Below the pieces are notes generated by a model. The model saw only the letters and a program-made list of their open reading frames with translations, was not told where the DNA came from and searched no databases. This document shows, piece by piece, positions 18,001 to 34,849 of a DNA stretch of 64,000 nucleotides. The position numbers and the translations under genes were made by a program. The DNA is taken from assembly GCA_964016885.1 (NCBI GenBank), contig OZ024741.1, positions 5,208,001 through 5,272,000 on the forward strand, in the 5' to 3' direction. The number at the start of each line of letters is the position of its first letter. Positions within the stretch are counted from its first letter, which is position 1. The DNA is from Eledone cirrhosa. Its lineage: Eukaryota.

Positions 18001-21000
18001 TAGGAACCTCAGAACTATATATACATATAATAAATACATCTAACAACTGCTAGGCACCTCACAACTATATATATATATAATAAATACAACTAACAAGTGC
18101 TAGGAATCTCACAACTATAAATACATATAATAAACACAACTAACAACTGCTAGGAACCTCACAACTATAAATACATATAATAAATACAATTAACAACTGC
18201 TAGGAACCTCACAACTATATATACATATAATAAATACAACTAACAACTGCTAGGAACCTCACAACTATAAATACAGATAATAAATACAACTAACAACTGC
18301 TAGGAACCTCACAACTATATATACTTATAATAAATACAACTAACAACTGCTAGGCACCTCACAACTATATATACATATAATAAATACAACTAACAACTGC
18401 TAGGAAGCTCACAACAATATATACGTTTAATAAATACAACTAACAACTGCTAGGAACCTCACAACTATCTATACATATAATAAATACAACTAACAACTGC
18501 TAGGAACCTCACAACTATAGATACATATAATAAATACAACTAACAACAACTAGGAACCTCTTAACTATATATACATATAATAAATACAACTAACAACTGC
18601 TAGGAACCTCACAACTATAAATACATATAATAAATACAACTAACAACAGCTAGGAACCTCACATCTATAAATACATATAATAAATACAACTAACTACGGC
18701 TAGGAACCTCACAACTATATATACATATAAAAAATACAACTAATAACTGCTAGTAACCTCACAACTATATATATATATGATAAATACAACTGACAACTGC
18801 TACGAACCTCACAAGTATATATACATATAATAAGTACAACTAACAACTGCTAGGAACCTCACAACTATATATACACATAATAAATACAACTAACAACTTC
18901 TAGGAACCTCCCAACTATAAATACATATAATAAATACAACTAACAACTGCTAGGAACCTCACAACTATAAATACATATAATAAATACAACTAACAACAAC
19001 TAGGAACCTCTTAACTATATATACATATAATAAATACAACTAACAACTGCTAGGAACCACACAACTATATATACATATAATAAATACAACTAACAACTGC
19101 TAGGAGCCTCACAACTATATATACATATAATAAATGCAACTAACAATTGCTAGGAGCCTTACAACTATATATACATATAATAAATACAACTAACAAATGC
19201 TAGGAATCTCACAACTATATATACATATAATAAATACAACTAACAAATGCTAGGAATCTCACAACTATATATACATATAATAAATACAACTAACAACTGC
19301 TACGAACCTCACAACTATATATACATATAATAAATACAACTAACAACTGCTAGGAACCTCACAACGGTATATACATATAATAAATACAACTAACAACTTC
19401 TAGGAACCTCACAACTATATATACATATAATAAATACAACTACCAACTGCTAGGAACCTCACAACTATATATACATATAATAAATAAAACTAACAACTGC
19501 TAGGAACCTCCCAACTATAAATACAGATAATAAATACAACTAACAACTGCTAGGAACCTCACAAGTATAAATACATATAATAAATACAACTAACAACAGC
19601 TAGGAACCTCACAACTATATATACATATAATAAATACAAATAACAATTGCTAGGAACCTCACAACTATAAATACATATAATAAATACAACTAACAACAGC
19701 GAGGAACCTCACAACTATATATATATACATATATATAATAAATACAACTAACAACTGCTAGGAACCTCACAACTATAAATACAGATAATAAATACAACTA
19801 ACAACTTCTAGGAACCCCCCAACTATAAATACAGATAATACATACAACTAACAACAGCTAGGACCCTCCCAACTATAAATATAGATAATAAATACAACTA
19901 ACAACTGCTAGGAACCTCACAACTATAAATACATATAATAAATACAACTAACAACTGCTAGGAACCTCAGAACTATATATACATATAATAAATACATCTA
20001 ACAACTGCTAGGCACCTCACAACTATATGTATATATAATAAATACAACTAACAAGTGCTTGGAACCTCACAACAATATATACGTTTAATAAATACAACTA
20101 ACAACTGCTAGGAACCTCACAACTATCTATACATATAATAAATACAACTAACAACATCTAGGAACCTCACAACTATATATACATATAATAAATACAACTA
20201 ACAACTGCTAGGAACCTCACAGCTATAAATACATATAATAAATACAACTAACAACTGCTAGGAACCTCAGAACTATATATACATACAATAAATACGTCTA
20301 ACAACTGCTAGGCATCTCACAACTATATATATATATAATAAATACAACTAACATCTGCTAGGAACCTCACAACTATAAATACATATAATAAATACAACTC
20401 ACAACAGCTAGGAACCTCACAACTATATATATACATATAATAAATACAACTAACAACTTCGAGGAACCTCACAACTATAAATACAGATAATAAATACAAA
20501 TAACAACTTCTAGGAACCTCACAACTATATATACATATAATAAATACAACTAACAACTGCTAGGAACCTCACAACTATAAATACATATAATAAATACAAC
20601 TAACAACTTCTAGGAACCTCCCAACTATAAATACAGATAATAAATACAACTAACAACAGCTAGGACCCTCCCAACTATAAATATAGATAATAAATACAAC
20701 TAACAACTGCTAGGAACCTCACAACTATAAATACCGATAATAAATACAACTAACAACTGCTAGGAACCTCACAACTATATATACTTATAATAAATACAAC
20801 TAACAAGTGCTAGGAATCTCACAACTATAAATACATATAATAAACACAACTAACAACTGCTAGGAACCTCACAACTATAAATACATATAATAAATACAAC
20901 TAACAACTGCTAGGAACCTCACAACTATATATACATATAATAAATACAACTAACAACTGCTAGGAACCTCACAACTATAAATACCGATAATAAATACAAC

Positions 21001-24000
21001 TAACAACTGCTAGGAACCTCACAACTATATATACTTATAATAAATACAACTAACAACTGCTAGGCACCTCACAACTATATATACATATAATAAATACAAC
21101 TAACAACTGCTAGGAAGCTCACAACAATATATACGTTTAATAAATACAACTAACAACTGCTAGGAACCTCACAACTATCTATACATATAATAAATACAAC
21201 TAACAACTGCTAGGAACCTCACAACTATAGATACATATAATAAATACAACTAACAACAACTAGGAACCTCTTAACTATATATACATATAATAAATACAAC
21301 TAACAACTGCTAGGAACCTCACAACTATAAATACATATAATAAATACAACTAACAACAGCTAGGAACCTCACATCTATAAATACATATAATAAATACAAC
21401 TAACTACGGCTAGGAACCTCACAACTATATATACATATAAAAAATACAACTAATAACTGCTAGTAACCTCACAACTATATATATATATGATAAATACAAC
21501 TGACAACTGCTACGAACCTCACAAGTATATATACATATAATAAGTACAACTAACAACTGCTAGGAACCTCACAACTATATATACACATAATAAATACAAC
21601 TAACAACTTGTAGGAACCTCCCAACTATAAATACATATAATAAATACAACTAACAACTGCTAGGAACCTCACAACTATAAATACATATAATAAATACAAC
21701 TAACAACAACTAGGAACCTCTTAACTATATATACATATAATAAATACAACTAACAACTGCTAGGAGCCTCACAACTATATATACATATAATAAATACAAC
21801 TAACAATTGCTAGGAGCCTTACAACTATATATACATATAATAACTACAACTAACAAATGCTAGGAATCTCACAACTATAAATACATATAATAAATACAAC
21901 TAACAACTGCTACGAACCTCACAACTATATATACATATAATAAATACAACTAACAACTGCTAGGAACCGCACAACGGTATATACATATAATAAATACAAC
22001 TAACAACTTCTAGGAACCTCACAACTATATATACATATAATAAATACAACTACCAACTGCTAGGAACCTCACAACTATATATACATATAATAAATAAAAC
22101 TAACAACTGCTAGGAACCTCCCAACTATAAATACAGATAATAAATACAACTAACAACTTCTAGGAACCTCACAACTATAAATAAATATAATAAATACAAC
22201 TAACAACAGCTAGGAACCTCACAACTATATATACATGTAATAAATACAAATAACAATTGCTAGGAACCTCACAACTATAAATACATATAATAAATACAAC
22301 TAACAACAGCGAGGAACCTCACAACTATATATATATACATATATATAATAAATACAACTAACAACTGCTAGGAACCTCACAACTATAAATACAGATAATA
22401 AATACAACTAACAACTTCTAGGAACCTCCCAACTATAAATACAGATAATAAATACAACTAACAACAGCTAGGAACCTCACAACTATAAATACAGATAATA
22501 AATACAACTAACAACTTCTAGGAACCTCACAACTATATATAGATATAATAAATACAACTAACAACTGCAAGGAACCTCACAACTATAAATACATATAATA
22601 AACACAACTAACAACTGCTAGGAACCTGACAACTATAAATACATATAATAAATACAACTCACAACAGCTAGGAACCTCACAACTATATATATACATATAA
22701 TAAATACAACTAACAACTTCTAGGAACCTCACAACTATAAATACAGATAATAAATACAACTAACAACTTCTAGGAACCTCACAACTATATATACATATAA
22801 TAAATACAACTAACAACTGCTAGGAACCTCACAACTATAAATACATATAATAAATACAACAAACAACTTCTAGGAACCTCCCAACTATAAATACAGATAA
22901 TAAATACAACTAACAACAGCTAGGACCCTCCCAACTATAAATATAGATAATAAATACAACTAACAACTGCTAGGAACCTCACAACTATAAATAAATATAA
23001 TAAATACAACTAACAACTGCTAGGAACCTCAGAACTATATATACATATAATAAATACATCTAACAACTGCTAGGCACCTCACAACTATATATATATATAA
23101 TAAATACAACTAACAAGTGCTAGGAACCTCACAACAATATATACGTTTAATAAATACAACTAACAACTGCTAGGAAACTCACAACTATCTATACATATAA
23201 TAAATACAACTAACAACAGCTAGGAACATCACAACTATATATACATATAATAAATACAACTAACAACTGCTAGGAACCTCACAACTATAAATACATATAA
23301 TAAACACAACTAACAACTGCTAGGAACCTCACAACTATAAATACATATGATAAATACAACTAACAACTGCTAGGAACCTCACAACTATAAATACAGATAA
23401 TAAATACAACTAACCACTTCTAGGAACCTCACAACTATATATACATATAATAAATACAACTAACAACTTCTAGGAACCTCCCAACTATAAATACAGATAA
23501 TAAATACAACTAACAACAGCTAGGACACTCCCAACTATAAATATAGATAATAAATACAACTAACAACTGCTAGGAACCTCACAACTATAAATACATATAA
23601 TAAATACAACTAACAACTGCTAGGAACCTCACAACTATATATACTTATAATAAATACAACTAACAACTGCTAGGCACCTCACAACTATATATACATATAA
23701 TAAATACAACTAACAACTGCTAGGAAGCTCACAACAATATATACGTTTAATAAATACAACTAACAACTGCTAGGAACCTCACAACTATCTATACATATAA
23801 TAAATACAACTAACAACTGATAGGAACCTCACAACTATAAATACATATAATAAATACAACTAACAACAACTAGGAACCTCTTAACTATATATACATATAA
23901 TAAATACAACTAACATCTGCTAGGAACCTCACAACTATAAATACATATAATAAATACAACTAACAACTGCTAGGAACCTCACAACTATAAATACATATAA

Positions 24001-27000
24001 TAAATACAACTAACAACTGCTAGGAACCTCACAACTATATATACATATAATAAACGCAACTAACAACTGCTAGGAACCTCACAACTCTAAATACATATAA
24101 TAAATACAACTAACAACTGCTAGGAGCCTCACATCTATATATACATATAATAAATACAACTAACAACAGCTAGGAACCTCACAACTATAAATACATATAA
24201 TAAATACAACTAACAACAGCTAGGAACCTCACGACTATAAATACATATAATAAATACAACTAACTGTTAGGAACCTCACAACTATAAATACATATAATAA
24301 ATACAACTAACAACAGCTAGGAACCTCACATCTATAAATACTTATAATAAATACAACTAACTACGGCTAGGAACCTCACAACTATATATACATATAATAA
24401 ATACAACTAATAACTGCTAGGAACCTCACAACTATATATATATATAATAAATACAACTGACAACTGCTACGAACCTCACAAGTATATATACATATAATAA
24501 GTACAACTAACAACTGCTAGGAACCTCACAACTATATATACACATAATAAATACAACTAACAACTTCTAGGAACCTCCCAACTATAAATACATATAATAA
24601 ATACAACTAACAACTGCTAGGAACCTCACAACTATAAATACATATAATAAATACAACTAACAACAACTAGGAACCTCTTAACTATATATACACATAATAA
24701 ATACAACTAACAACTGCTAGGAACCTCACAACTGTATATACATATAATAAATACAACTAACAACTGCTAGGAACCTCACAACTATATATACATATAATAA
24801 ATACAACTGCTAGGAACCTCCCAACTATAAATACAGAAAGTAAATACAACTAACAACTGCTAGGAACCTCCCAGCTATAAATACATATAATAAATACAAC
24901 TAACAACTGCTAGGAACCTCAGAACTATATATACATATTATAAATACAACTAACAACTGCTAGGAACCTCACAACTATATATACATAAAATATATACAAC
25001 TAACAACTGCTAGAAACCTCACAACAATATATATATATAATAAATACAACTAACAACTGCTAGGAACCTCACAACTATATATACATATCATAAATTCAAC
25101 TAACAACAGCTAGGAACCTCACAACTATATATACATATAATAAATACAACTAACAACTGCTAGGAACCTCACAACTATAAATACATATAATAAATACAAC
25201 TAACAACAGCGAGGAACCTCACAACTATATATATATACATATATATAATAAATACAACTAACAACTGCTAGGAACCTCACAACTATAAATACAGATAATA
25301 AATACAACTAACAACTTCTAGGAACCTCCCAACTATAAATACAGATAATAAATACAACTAAAACAGCTAGGACCCTCCCAACTATAAATATAGATAATAA
25401 ATACAACTAACATCTGCTAGGAACCTCACAACTATAAATACATATAATAAATACAACTAACAACTGCTAGGAACCTCACAACTATATATACTTATAATAA
25501 ATACAACTAACAACTGCTAGGCACCTCACAACTATATATACATATAATAAATACAACTAACAACTGCTAGGAATCTCACAACAATATATACGTTTAATAA
25601 ATACAACTAACAACTGCTAGGAACCTCACAACTATCTATACATATAATAAATACAACTAACAACAGCTAGGAACCTCACAACTATAAATACATATAATAA
25701 ACACAACTAACCACTTCTAGGAACCTCACAACTATATATACATATAATAAATACAACTAACAACTTCTAGGAACCTCCCAACTATAAATACAGATAATAA
25801 ATACAACTAACAACAGCTAGGACCCTCCCAACTATAAATATAGATAATAAATACAACTAACATCTGCTAGGAACCTGACAACTATAAATACATATAATAA
25901 ATACAACTAACAACTGCTAGGAACCTCACAACTATATATACTTATAATAAATATAACTAACAACTGCTAGGCACCTCACAACTATATATACATATAATTG
26001 TTTCTACTTTTGACACAAGGCCAGCAATTACCCAGTGCATTACTGGTACTTTATTTTATCGACCCCGTACGGATGAAAGGCAAAGTCAACCTCGGCAGGA
26101 TTTGAACTCAGATCGTAAAGGGACGTAACTATGCTAGAAAGCATGGCGTCCGACCCTCTACCGATACTGCCAATCCACCAACTAACAACTGCTAGGAACC
26201 TCAAAACTATAAATACATACAATAAATACAACTAACAACAGCGAGGAACCTCACAACTATATATATATACATATATATAATAAATACAACTAACAACTGC
26301 TAGGAACCTCACAACTATAAATACAGATAATAAATACAACTAACAACTTCTAGGAACCTCCCAACTATAAATACAGATAATAAATACAACTAACAACAGC
26401 TAGGACTCTCCCAACTATAAATATAGATAATAAATACAACTAACAACTGTTAGGAACCTCACAACTATAAATACATATAATAAATAGAACTAACAACTGC
26501 TAGGAACCTCAGAACTATATATACATATAATAAATACATCTAACAACTGCTAGGCACCTCACAACTATATATATATATAATAAATACAACTAACAAGTGC
26601 TAGGAACCTCACAACAATATATACGTTTAATAAATACAACTAACAACTGCTAGGAAACTCACAACTATCTATACATATAATAAATACAACTAACAACAGC
26701 TAGGAACCTCACAACTATATATACATAAAATAAATACAACTAACAACTGCTAGGAACCTCACAACTATAAATACATATAATAAACACAACTAACCACTTC
26801 TAGAAACCTCACAACTATATATACATATAATAAATACAACTAACAACTTCTAGGAACCTTCCAACTATAAATACAGATAATAAATACAACTAACAACAGC
26901 TAGGACCCTCCCAACTATAAATATAGATAATAAATACAACTAACATCTGCTAGGAACCTCACAACTATATATACATATAATAAATACAACTAACAACTGC

Positions 27001-30000
27001 TAGGAACCTCACAACTATATATACTTATAATAAATACAACTAACAACTGCTAGGCACCTCACAACTATATATACATATAATAAATACAACTAACAACTGC
27101 TAGGAAGCTCACAACAATATATACGTTTAATAAATACAACTAACAACTGCTAGGAACCTCACAACTATCTATACATATAATAAATACAACTAACAACAGC
27201 TAGGAACCTCACAACTATATATACATATAATAAATACAACTAACAACTGCTAGGAACCTCACAACTATAAATACATATAATAAACACAACTAACCACTTC
27301 TAGGAACCTCACAACTATATATACATATAATAAATACAACTAACAACTTCTAGGAACCTCCCAACTATAAATATAGATAATAAATACAACTAACAACAGC
27401 TAAGACCCTCCCAACTATAAATATAGATAATAAATACAACTAACATCTGCTAGGAACCTGACAACTATAAATACATATAATAAATACAACTAACAACTGC
27501 TAGGAACCTCACAACTATATATACTTATAATAAATACAACTAACAACTGCTAGGCACCTCACAACTATATATACATATAATAAATACAACTAACAACTGC
27601 TAGGAAGCTCACAACTATCTATACATATAATAAATACAACTAACAACAGCTAGGAACCTCACTAATATATATACATATAATAAATACAACTAACAACTGC
27701 TAGGAACCTCACAACTATAAATACATATAATAAATACAACTAACAACAACTAGGAACCTCTTAACTATATATACACATAATAAATACAACTAACAACTTC
27801 TAGGAACCTCCCAACTATAAATACATATAATAAATACAACTAACTACGGCTAGGAACCTCACAACTATATATACATATAATAAATACAACTAATAACTGC
27901 TAGGAGCCTCACAACTATATATACATATAATAAATACAACTAACAACTGCTAGGACCTCACAACTATATATACATATAATAAATACAACTAACAACTTCT
28001 AGGAACCTCACAACTATAAATACATATAATAAACACAACTAACAACTGCTAGGAACCTCACAACTATAAAAACATATAATAAATACAACTAACAACTGCT
28101 AGGAACCTCACAACTATATATACATATAATAAACACAACTAACAACTGCTAGGAACCTCACAACTCTAAATACATATAATAAATACAACTAACAACTGCT
28201 AGGAACCTCACATCTATATATACATATAATAAATACAACTAACAACAGCTAGGAACCTCACAACTATAAATACATATAATAAATACAACTAACAACAGCT
28301 AGGAACCTCACAACTATAAATACATATAATAAATACAACTAACTGTTAGGAACCTCACAACTATAAATACATATAATAAATACAACTAACAACAGCTTGG
28401 AACCTCACATCTATAAATACATATAATAAATACAACTAACAACTGCTAGGAACCTCACAACTATATATACATATAATAAATACAACTAATAACTGCTAGG
28501 AACCTCACAACTATATATATAATAAATACAACTGACAACTGCTACGAACCTCACAAGTATATATACATATAATAAGTACAACTAACAACTGCTAGGAACC
28601 TCACAACTATATATACATATAATAAATACAACTAACAACTTCTAGGAACCTCCCAACTATAAATACAGATAATAAATACAACTAACAACTGCTAGGAGCC
28701 TCACAACTATATACACATATAATAAATACAACTAACAAATGCTAGGAATCTCACAACTATATATACATATAATAAATACAACTAACAACTGCTACGAACC
28801 TCACAACTATATATACATATAATAAATACAACTAACAACTGCTAGTAACCTCACAACTGTATATACATATAATAAATACAACTAACAACTGCTAGGAACC
28901 TCACAACTATATATACATATAATAAATACAACTACCAACTTCTAGGAACCTCACAACTATATATACATATGATAAATAAAACTAACAACTGCTAGGAACC
29001 TCCCAACTATAAATACAGATAATAAATACAACTAACAACTGCTAGGAACCTTACAACTATAAATACATATAATAAATACAACCCACAACAGCTAGGAACC
29101 TCACAACTATATATACACATATAATAAATACAACTAACAATTGCTAGGAACCTCCCAACTATAAATACATATAATAAACACAACTAACAACTGCTAGGAA
29201 CCTCACAACTATACATACATGTAATAAATACAACTAACAACTGCTAGGAACCTCACAACTATATATACATAAAATATATACAACTAACAACTGCTAGAAA
29301 CCTCACAACTATATATATATATAATAAATACAACTAACAACTGCTAGGAATCTCACGACTATATATACATATAATAAATACAACTAACAACTGCTAGGAA
29401 CCTCACAACTATATATACATATAATAAACACAACTATCAACTGCTAGGAACCTCACAACTATAAATACATATAATAAATACAACTAACAACTTCTAGGAA
29501 CCTCACAACTATATATACATATAATAAACACAACTAACAACTGCTAGGAACCTCACAACTATAAATACATATAATAAATAAAACTAACAACTGCTAGGAA
29601 CCTCACAACTATATATACATATAATAAATACAACTAACAACTGCTAGGAGCCTCGCAACTATATATACATATAATAAATACAACTAACAACATCTAGGAA
29701 CCTTACAACTATATATACATATAATAAACACAACTAACAACTGCTAGGAACCTCACAACTATAAATACATATAATAAATAAAACTAACAACTGCTAGGAA
29801 CCTCACAACTATAAATACATATAATAAATACAACTAACAACAGCTGGAACCTCAGAACTATATATACATATAATAAATACAACTAACAACTGCTAGGAAC
29901 CTCACAACTATATATACGTATAATAAATACAACTAATAACTGCTAGGAACCTCACAACTATATATATATAATAATACAACTGACAACTGCTACGAACCTC

Positions 30001-33000
30001 ACAACTATATATATATAATAAATACAACTAACAACTGCTAGGAACCTCGCAACTCTATATACATATAATAAATACAACTAACAACAGCTGGAACCTCAGA
30101 ACTATATATACATATAATAAATACAACTAACAACTTCTAGGAACCTCACAACTATATATACATATAATAAATACAACTAACAACTGCTAGGAACCTCACA
30201 ACTATATATACATATAATAAATACAACTAACAACTTCTAGGAACCTCCCAACTATAAATACAGATAATAAATACAACTAACAACTGCTAGGAGCCTCACA
30301 ACTATATACACATATAATAAATACAACTAACAAATGCTAGGAATCTCACAACTATATATACATATAATAAATACAACTAACAACTGCTACGAACCTCACA
30401 ACTATATATACATATAATAAATACAACTAACAACTGCTAGGAACCTCACAACTGTATATACATATAATAAATACAACTAACAACTGCTAGGAACCTCACA
30501 ACTATATATACATATAATAAATACAACTAACAACTACTAGGAACCTCACAACTATATATACATATAATAAATACAACTACCAACTGCTAGGAACCTCACA
30601 ACTATATATACATATAATAAATAAAACTAACAACTGCTAGGAACCTCCTAACTATAAATACAGATAATAAATACAACTAACAACTGCTAGGAACCTCACA
30701 ACTATAAATACATATAATAAATACAACTCACAACAGCTAGGAACCCCACAACTATATATATACATATAATAAATACAACTAACAATTGCTAGGAACCTCA
30801 CAACTATAAATACAGATAATAAATACAACTAACAACTTCTAGGATCCTCACAACTATATATACATATAATAAATACAACTAACAACTGCTAGGAACCTCA
30901 CAACTATAAATACATATAATAAACACAACTAACAACTGCTAGGAACCTCACAACTATATATATATATAATAAATACAACTAACAACTGCTAGGAATCTCA
31001 CAACTATATATACATATAATAAATACAACTAACAACAGCTAGGAACCTCACAACTATATATACATATAATAAATACAACTAACAACTGCTAGGAATCTCA
31101 CAACTATAAATACATATAATAAATACAACTAACAACAGCTAGGAACCTCACAACTATATATATACATATATATAATAAATACAACTAACAACTGCTAGGA
31201 ACCTCACAACTATAAATACAGATAATACATACAACTAACAACTTCTAGGAACCTCACAACCATATATACATATAATAAATACAACTAACAACTTCTAGGA
31301 ACCTCCCAACTATAAATACAGATAATAAATACAACTAACAACAGCTAGGACCCTCCCAACTATAAATATAGATAATAAATACAACTAACAACTGCTAGGA
31401 ACCTCACAACTATAAATACATATAATAAATACAACTAACAACTGCTAGGAACCTCAGAACTATATATACATATAATAAATACAACTAACAACTGCTAGGC
31501 ACCTCACAACTATATATACATATAATAAATACAACTAACAACTGCTAGGAACCTCATAACTATATATACGTTTAATAAATACAACTTACAACTGCTAGGA
31601 ACCTCACAACTATCTATACATATAATAAATACAACTAACAACAGCTAGGAACCTCACAACTATATATACATATAATAAATACAACTAACAACTGCTAGGA
31701 ACCTCACAACTATAAATACATATAATAAATACAACTAACAACAACTAGGAACCTCACAACTATATATACATATAATAAATACAACTAACAACTGCTAGGA
31801 ACCTCACAACTATAAATACATATAATAAACACAACTAACAACTGCTAGGAACCTCACAACTATAAATACATATAATAAATACAACTAACAACTGCTAGGA
31901 ACCTCACAACTATATATGCATATAATAAATACAACTAACAACTGCTAGGAACCTCACAACTATAAATACATATAATAAATACAACTAACAACTGCTAGGA
32001 ACCTCACAACTATATATACATATTATAAATACAACTTACAACTGCTAGGAACCTCACAACTATAAATACATATAATAAATACAACTAACAACTACTAGGA
32101 ACCTCACAACTATATATACATATAATAAATACAACTACCAACTGCTAGGAACCTCACAAGTATATATACATATAATAAATAAAACTAACAACTGCTAGGA
32201 ACCTCCTAACTATAAATACAGATAATAAATACAACTAACAACTGCTAGGAACCTCACAACTATAAATACATATAATAAATACAACTCACAACAGCTAGGA
32301 ACCTCACAACTATATATATACATATAATAAATACAACTAACAATTGCTAGGAACCTCACAACTATAAATACAGATAATAAATACAACTAACAACTTCTAG
32401 GATCCTCACAACTATATATACATATAATAAATACAACTAACAACTGCTAGGAACCTCACAACTATAAATACATATAATAAACACAACTAACAACTGCTAG
32501 GAACCTCACAACTATATATATATATAATAAATACAACTAACAACTGCTAGGAATCTCACAACTATATATACATATAATAAATACAACTAACAACAGCTAG
32601 GAACCTCACAACTATATATACATATAATAAATACAACTAACAACTGCTAGGAATCTCACAACTATAAATACATATAATAAATACAACTAACAACTGCTAG
32701 GAACCTCACAACTATATATATACATATATATAATAAATACAACTAACAACTGCTAGGAACCTCACAACTATAAATACAGATAATACATACAACTAACAAC
32801 TTCTAGGAACCTCACAACCATATATACATATAATAAATACAACTAACAACTTCTAGGAACCTCCCAACTATAAATACAGATAATAAATACAACTAACAAC
32901 AGCTAGGACCCTCCCAACTATAAATATAGATAATAAATACAACTAACAACTGCTAGGAACCTCACAACTATAAATACATATAATAAATACAACTAACAAC

Positions 33001-34583
33001 TGCTAGGAACCTCAGAACTATATATACATATAATAAATACAACTAACAACTGCTAGGCACCTCACAACTATATATACATATAATAAATACAACTAACAAC
33101 TGCTAGGAACCTCATAACTATATATACGTTTAATAAATACAACTTACAACTGCTAGGAACCTCACAACTATCTATACATATAATAAATACAACTAACAAC
33201 AGCTAGGAACCTCACAACTATATATACATATAATAAATACAACTAACAACTGCTAGGAACCTCACAACTATAAATACATATAATAAATACAACTAACAAC
33301 AACTAGGAACCTCACAACTATATATACATATAATAAATACAACTAACAACTGCTAGGAACCTCACAACTATAAATACATATAATAAACACAACTAACAAC
33401 TGCTAGGAACCTCACAACTATAAATACATATAATAAATACAACTAACAACTGCTAGGAACCTCACAACTATATATGCATATAATAAATACAACTAACAAC
33501 TGCTAGGAACCTCACAACTATAAATACATATAATAAATACAACTAACAACTGCTAGGAACCTCACAACTATATATACATATAATAAATACAACTAACAAC
33601 TGCTAGGAACCTCACAACTATAAATACATATAATAAATACAACTAACAACATCTAGGAACCTCACAACTATATATATACATATATATAATAAATACAACT
33701 AACAACTGCTAGGAACCTCACAACTATAAATACAGATAATACATACAACTAACAACTTCTAGGAACCTCACAACCATATATACATATAATAAATACAACT
33801 AACAACTTCTAGGAACCTCACAACTATATATACATATAATAAATACAACTAACAACTTCTAGGAACCTCACAACTATAAATACATATAATAAACACAACT
33901 AACAACTGCTAGGAACCTCACAACTATATATACATATAATAAATACAACTAACAACTGCTACGAACCTCACAACTATATATACATATAATTAATACAACT
34001 AACAACTGCTAGGAACCTCCCAACTATATATACATATAATAAATACAACTAACAACTGCTAGGAACCTCACAACTATAAATACATATAATAAATACAACT
34101 AACAACTGCTAGGAACCTCACAACTATATATACATATTATAAATACAACTTACAACTGCTAGGAACCTCACAACTATATATACATATAATAAATACAACT
34201 AACAACTGCTAGGAACCTCACAACTATATATACATATAATAAATACAACTAACAACTGCTAGGAACCTCACAACTATATATACATATAATAAATACAACT
34301 AACAACAGCTAGGAACCTCACAACTATAAATACAGATAATAAATACAACTAACAACTGCTAGGAGCCTCACAACTATATATACATATAATAAATACAACT
34401 AACAACTGCTAGGAACCTCACAACTATATATACATTTAATAAATACAACTAACAACTGCTAGGAACCTCACAACTATATATACATATAATAAATACAACT
34501 AACAACTGCTAGGAACCTCACAACTATATATACATATAATAAATACAACTAACAACTGCTAGGAGCCTCACAACTATAAATAC
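1..34583. repeat. Satellite 1: tandem 50-bp monomer TCACAACTATATATACATATAATAAATACAACTAACAACTGCTAGGAACC (~690 copies in window, runs off the left edge)
   Basis: 50-bp period is directly visible (tcacaa at 1, 51, 101...). Consensus is 28% GC with only 3 G per unit on the + strand. Single-base variants and (TA)n slippage are present. Array ends abruptly at ...caactataaatac|gccaaat. Confidence 0.98.
25995..26178 (-). mobile_element. tRNA-derived SINE inserted in satellite 1
   Basis: The minus strand reads TGGCAGTATCGG (Pol III A-box-like) ... GAGTTCAAATCC (B-box), then a central GACTTTGCCTTTCATCC..GGGGTCGATAAAATAAAGTACCAG body and an AT-rich tail. About 96% identical to the copy at 36553-36733. 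Confidence 0.88.
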
Positions 34584-34722
34584 GCCAAATTATATGACCA
34601 TAGCGAGAGAAAGAACAAAAAAATGACCATCAATTGTCCACCAAGTCTGACAATAGGTCAGACATCACATCACAAGGGTCAACGGAATATTTTGAGGTAA
34701 GTCAACACACTGAGAGCATTAC

Positions 34723-34849
34723 TGTGGGTGATGGCGAGGCTAAGGTGCTGAAACAACCAAGCGCCCTCACGGACGTCACCTGACACCTCAGTAAGGTGAG
34801 GTGATGGCGAGACTAAGGTGCTGGAACAACCAAACACCCTCACCTGACA
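34723..34849. mobile_element. Small putative insertion flanked by a 7-8 bp direct repeat (A)GCATTAC, containing an internal ~45-bp duplication
   Basis: gcattac at 34716-34722 and 34850-34856. Ends tgtgggtga...tcacctgaca form an imperfect inverted repeat. Two copies of ggtgatggcgag.ctaaggtgctg.aacaaccaa.c.ccctcac lie inside. Confidence 0.45.

Noticed and set aside
17613-20556. 77-aa ORFs in satellite 1 and 60-62-aa ORFs in satellite 2
   Set aside because: Chance loss of stop codons in repeat variants; useful only as duplication markers.
25995-26178. tRNA genes at the A/B-box sites (also 36553 and 48877)
   Set aside because: No cloverleaf or acceptor stem is evident, and the boxes are followed by SINE bodies and tails.
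1-34583. Telomeric repeat origin of satellite 1 (ctaac/tagg motifs)
   Set aside because: No TTAGGG/CCCTAA units or tandem runs are present.
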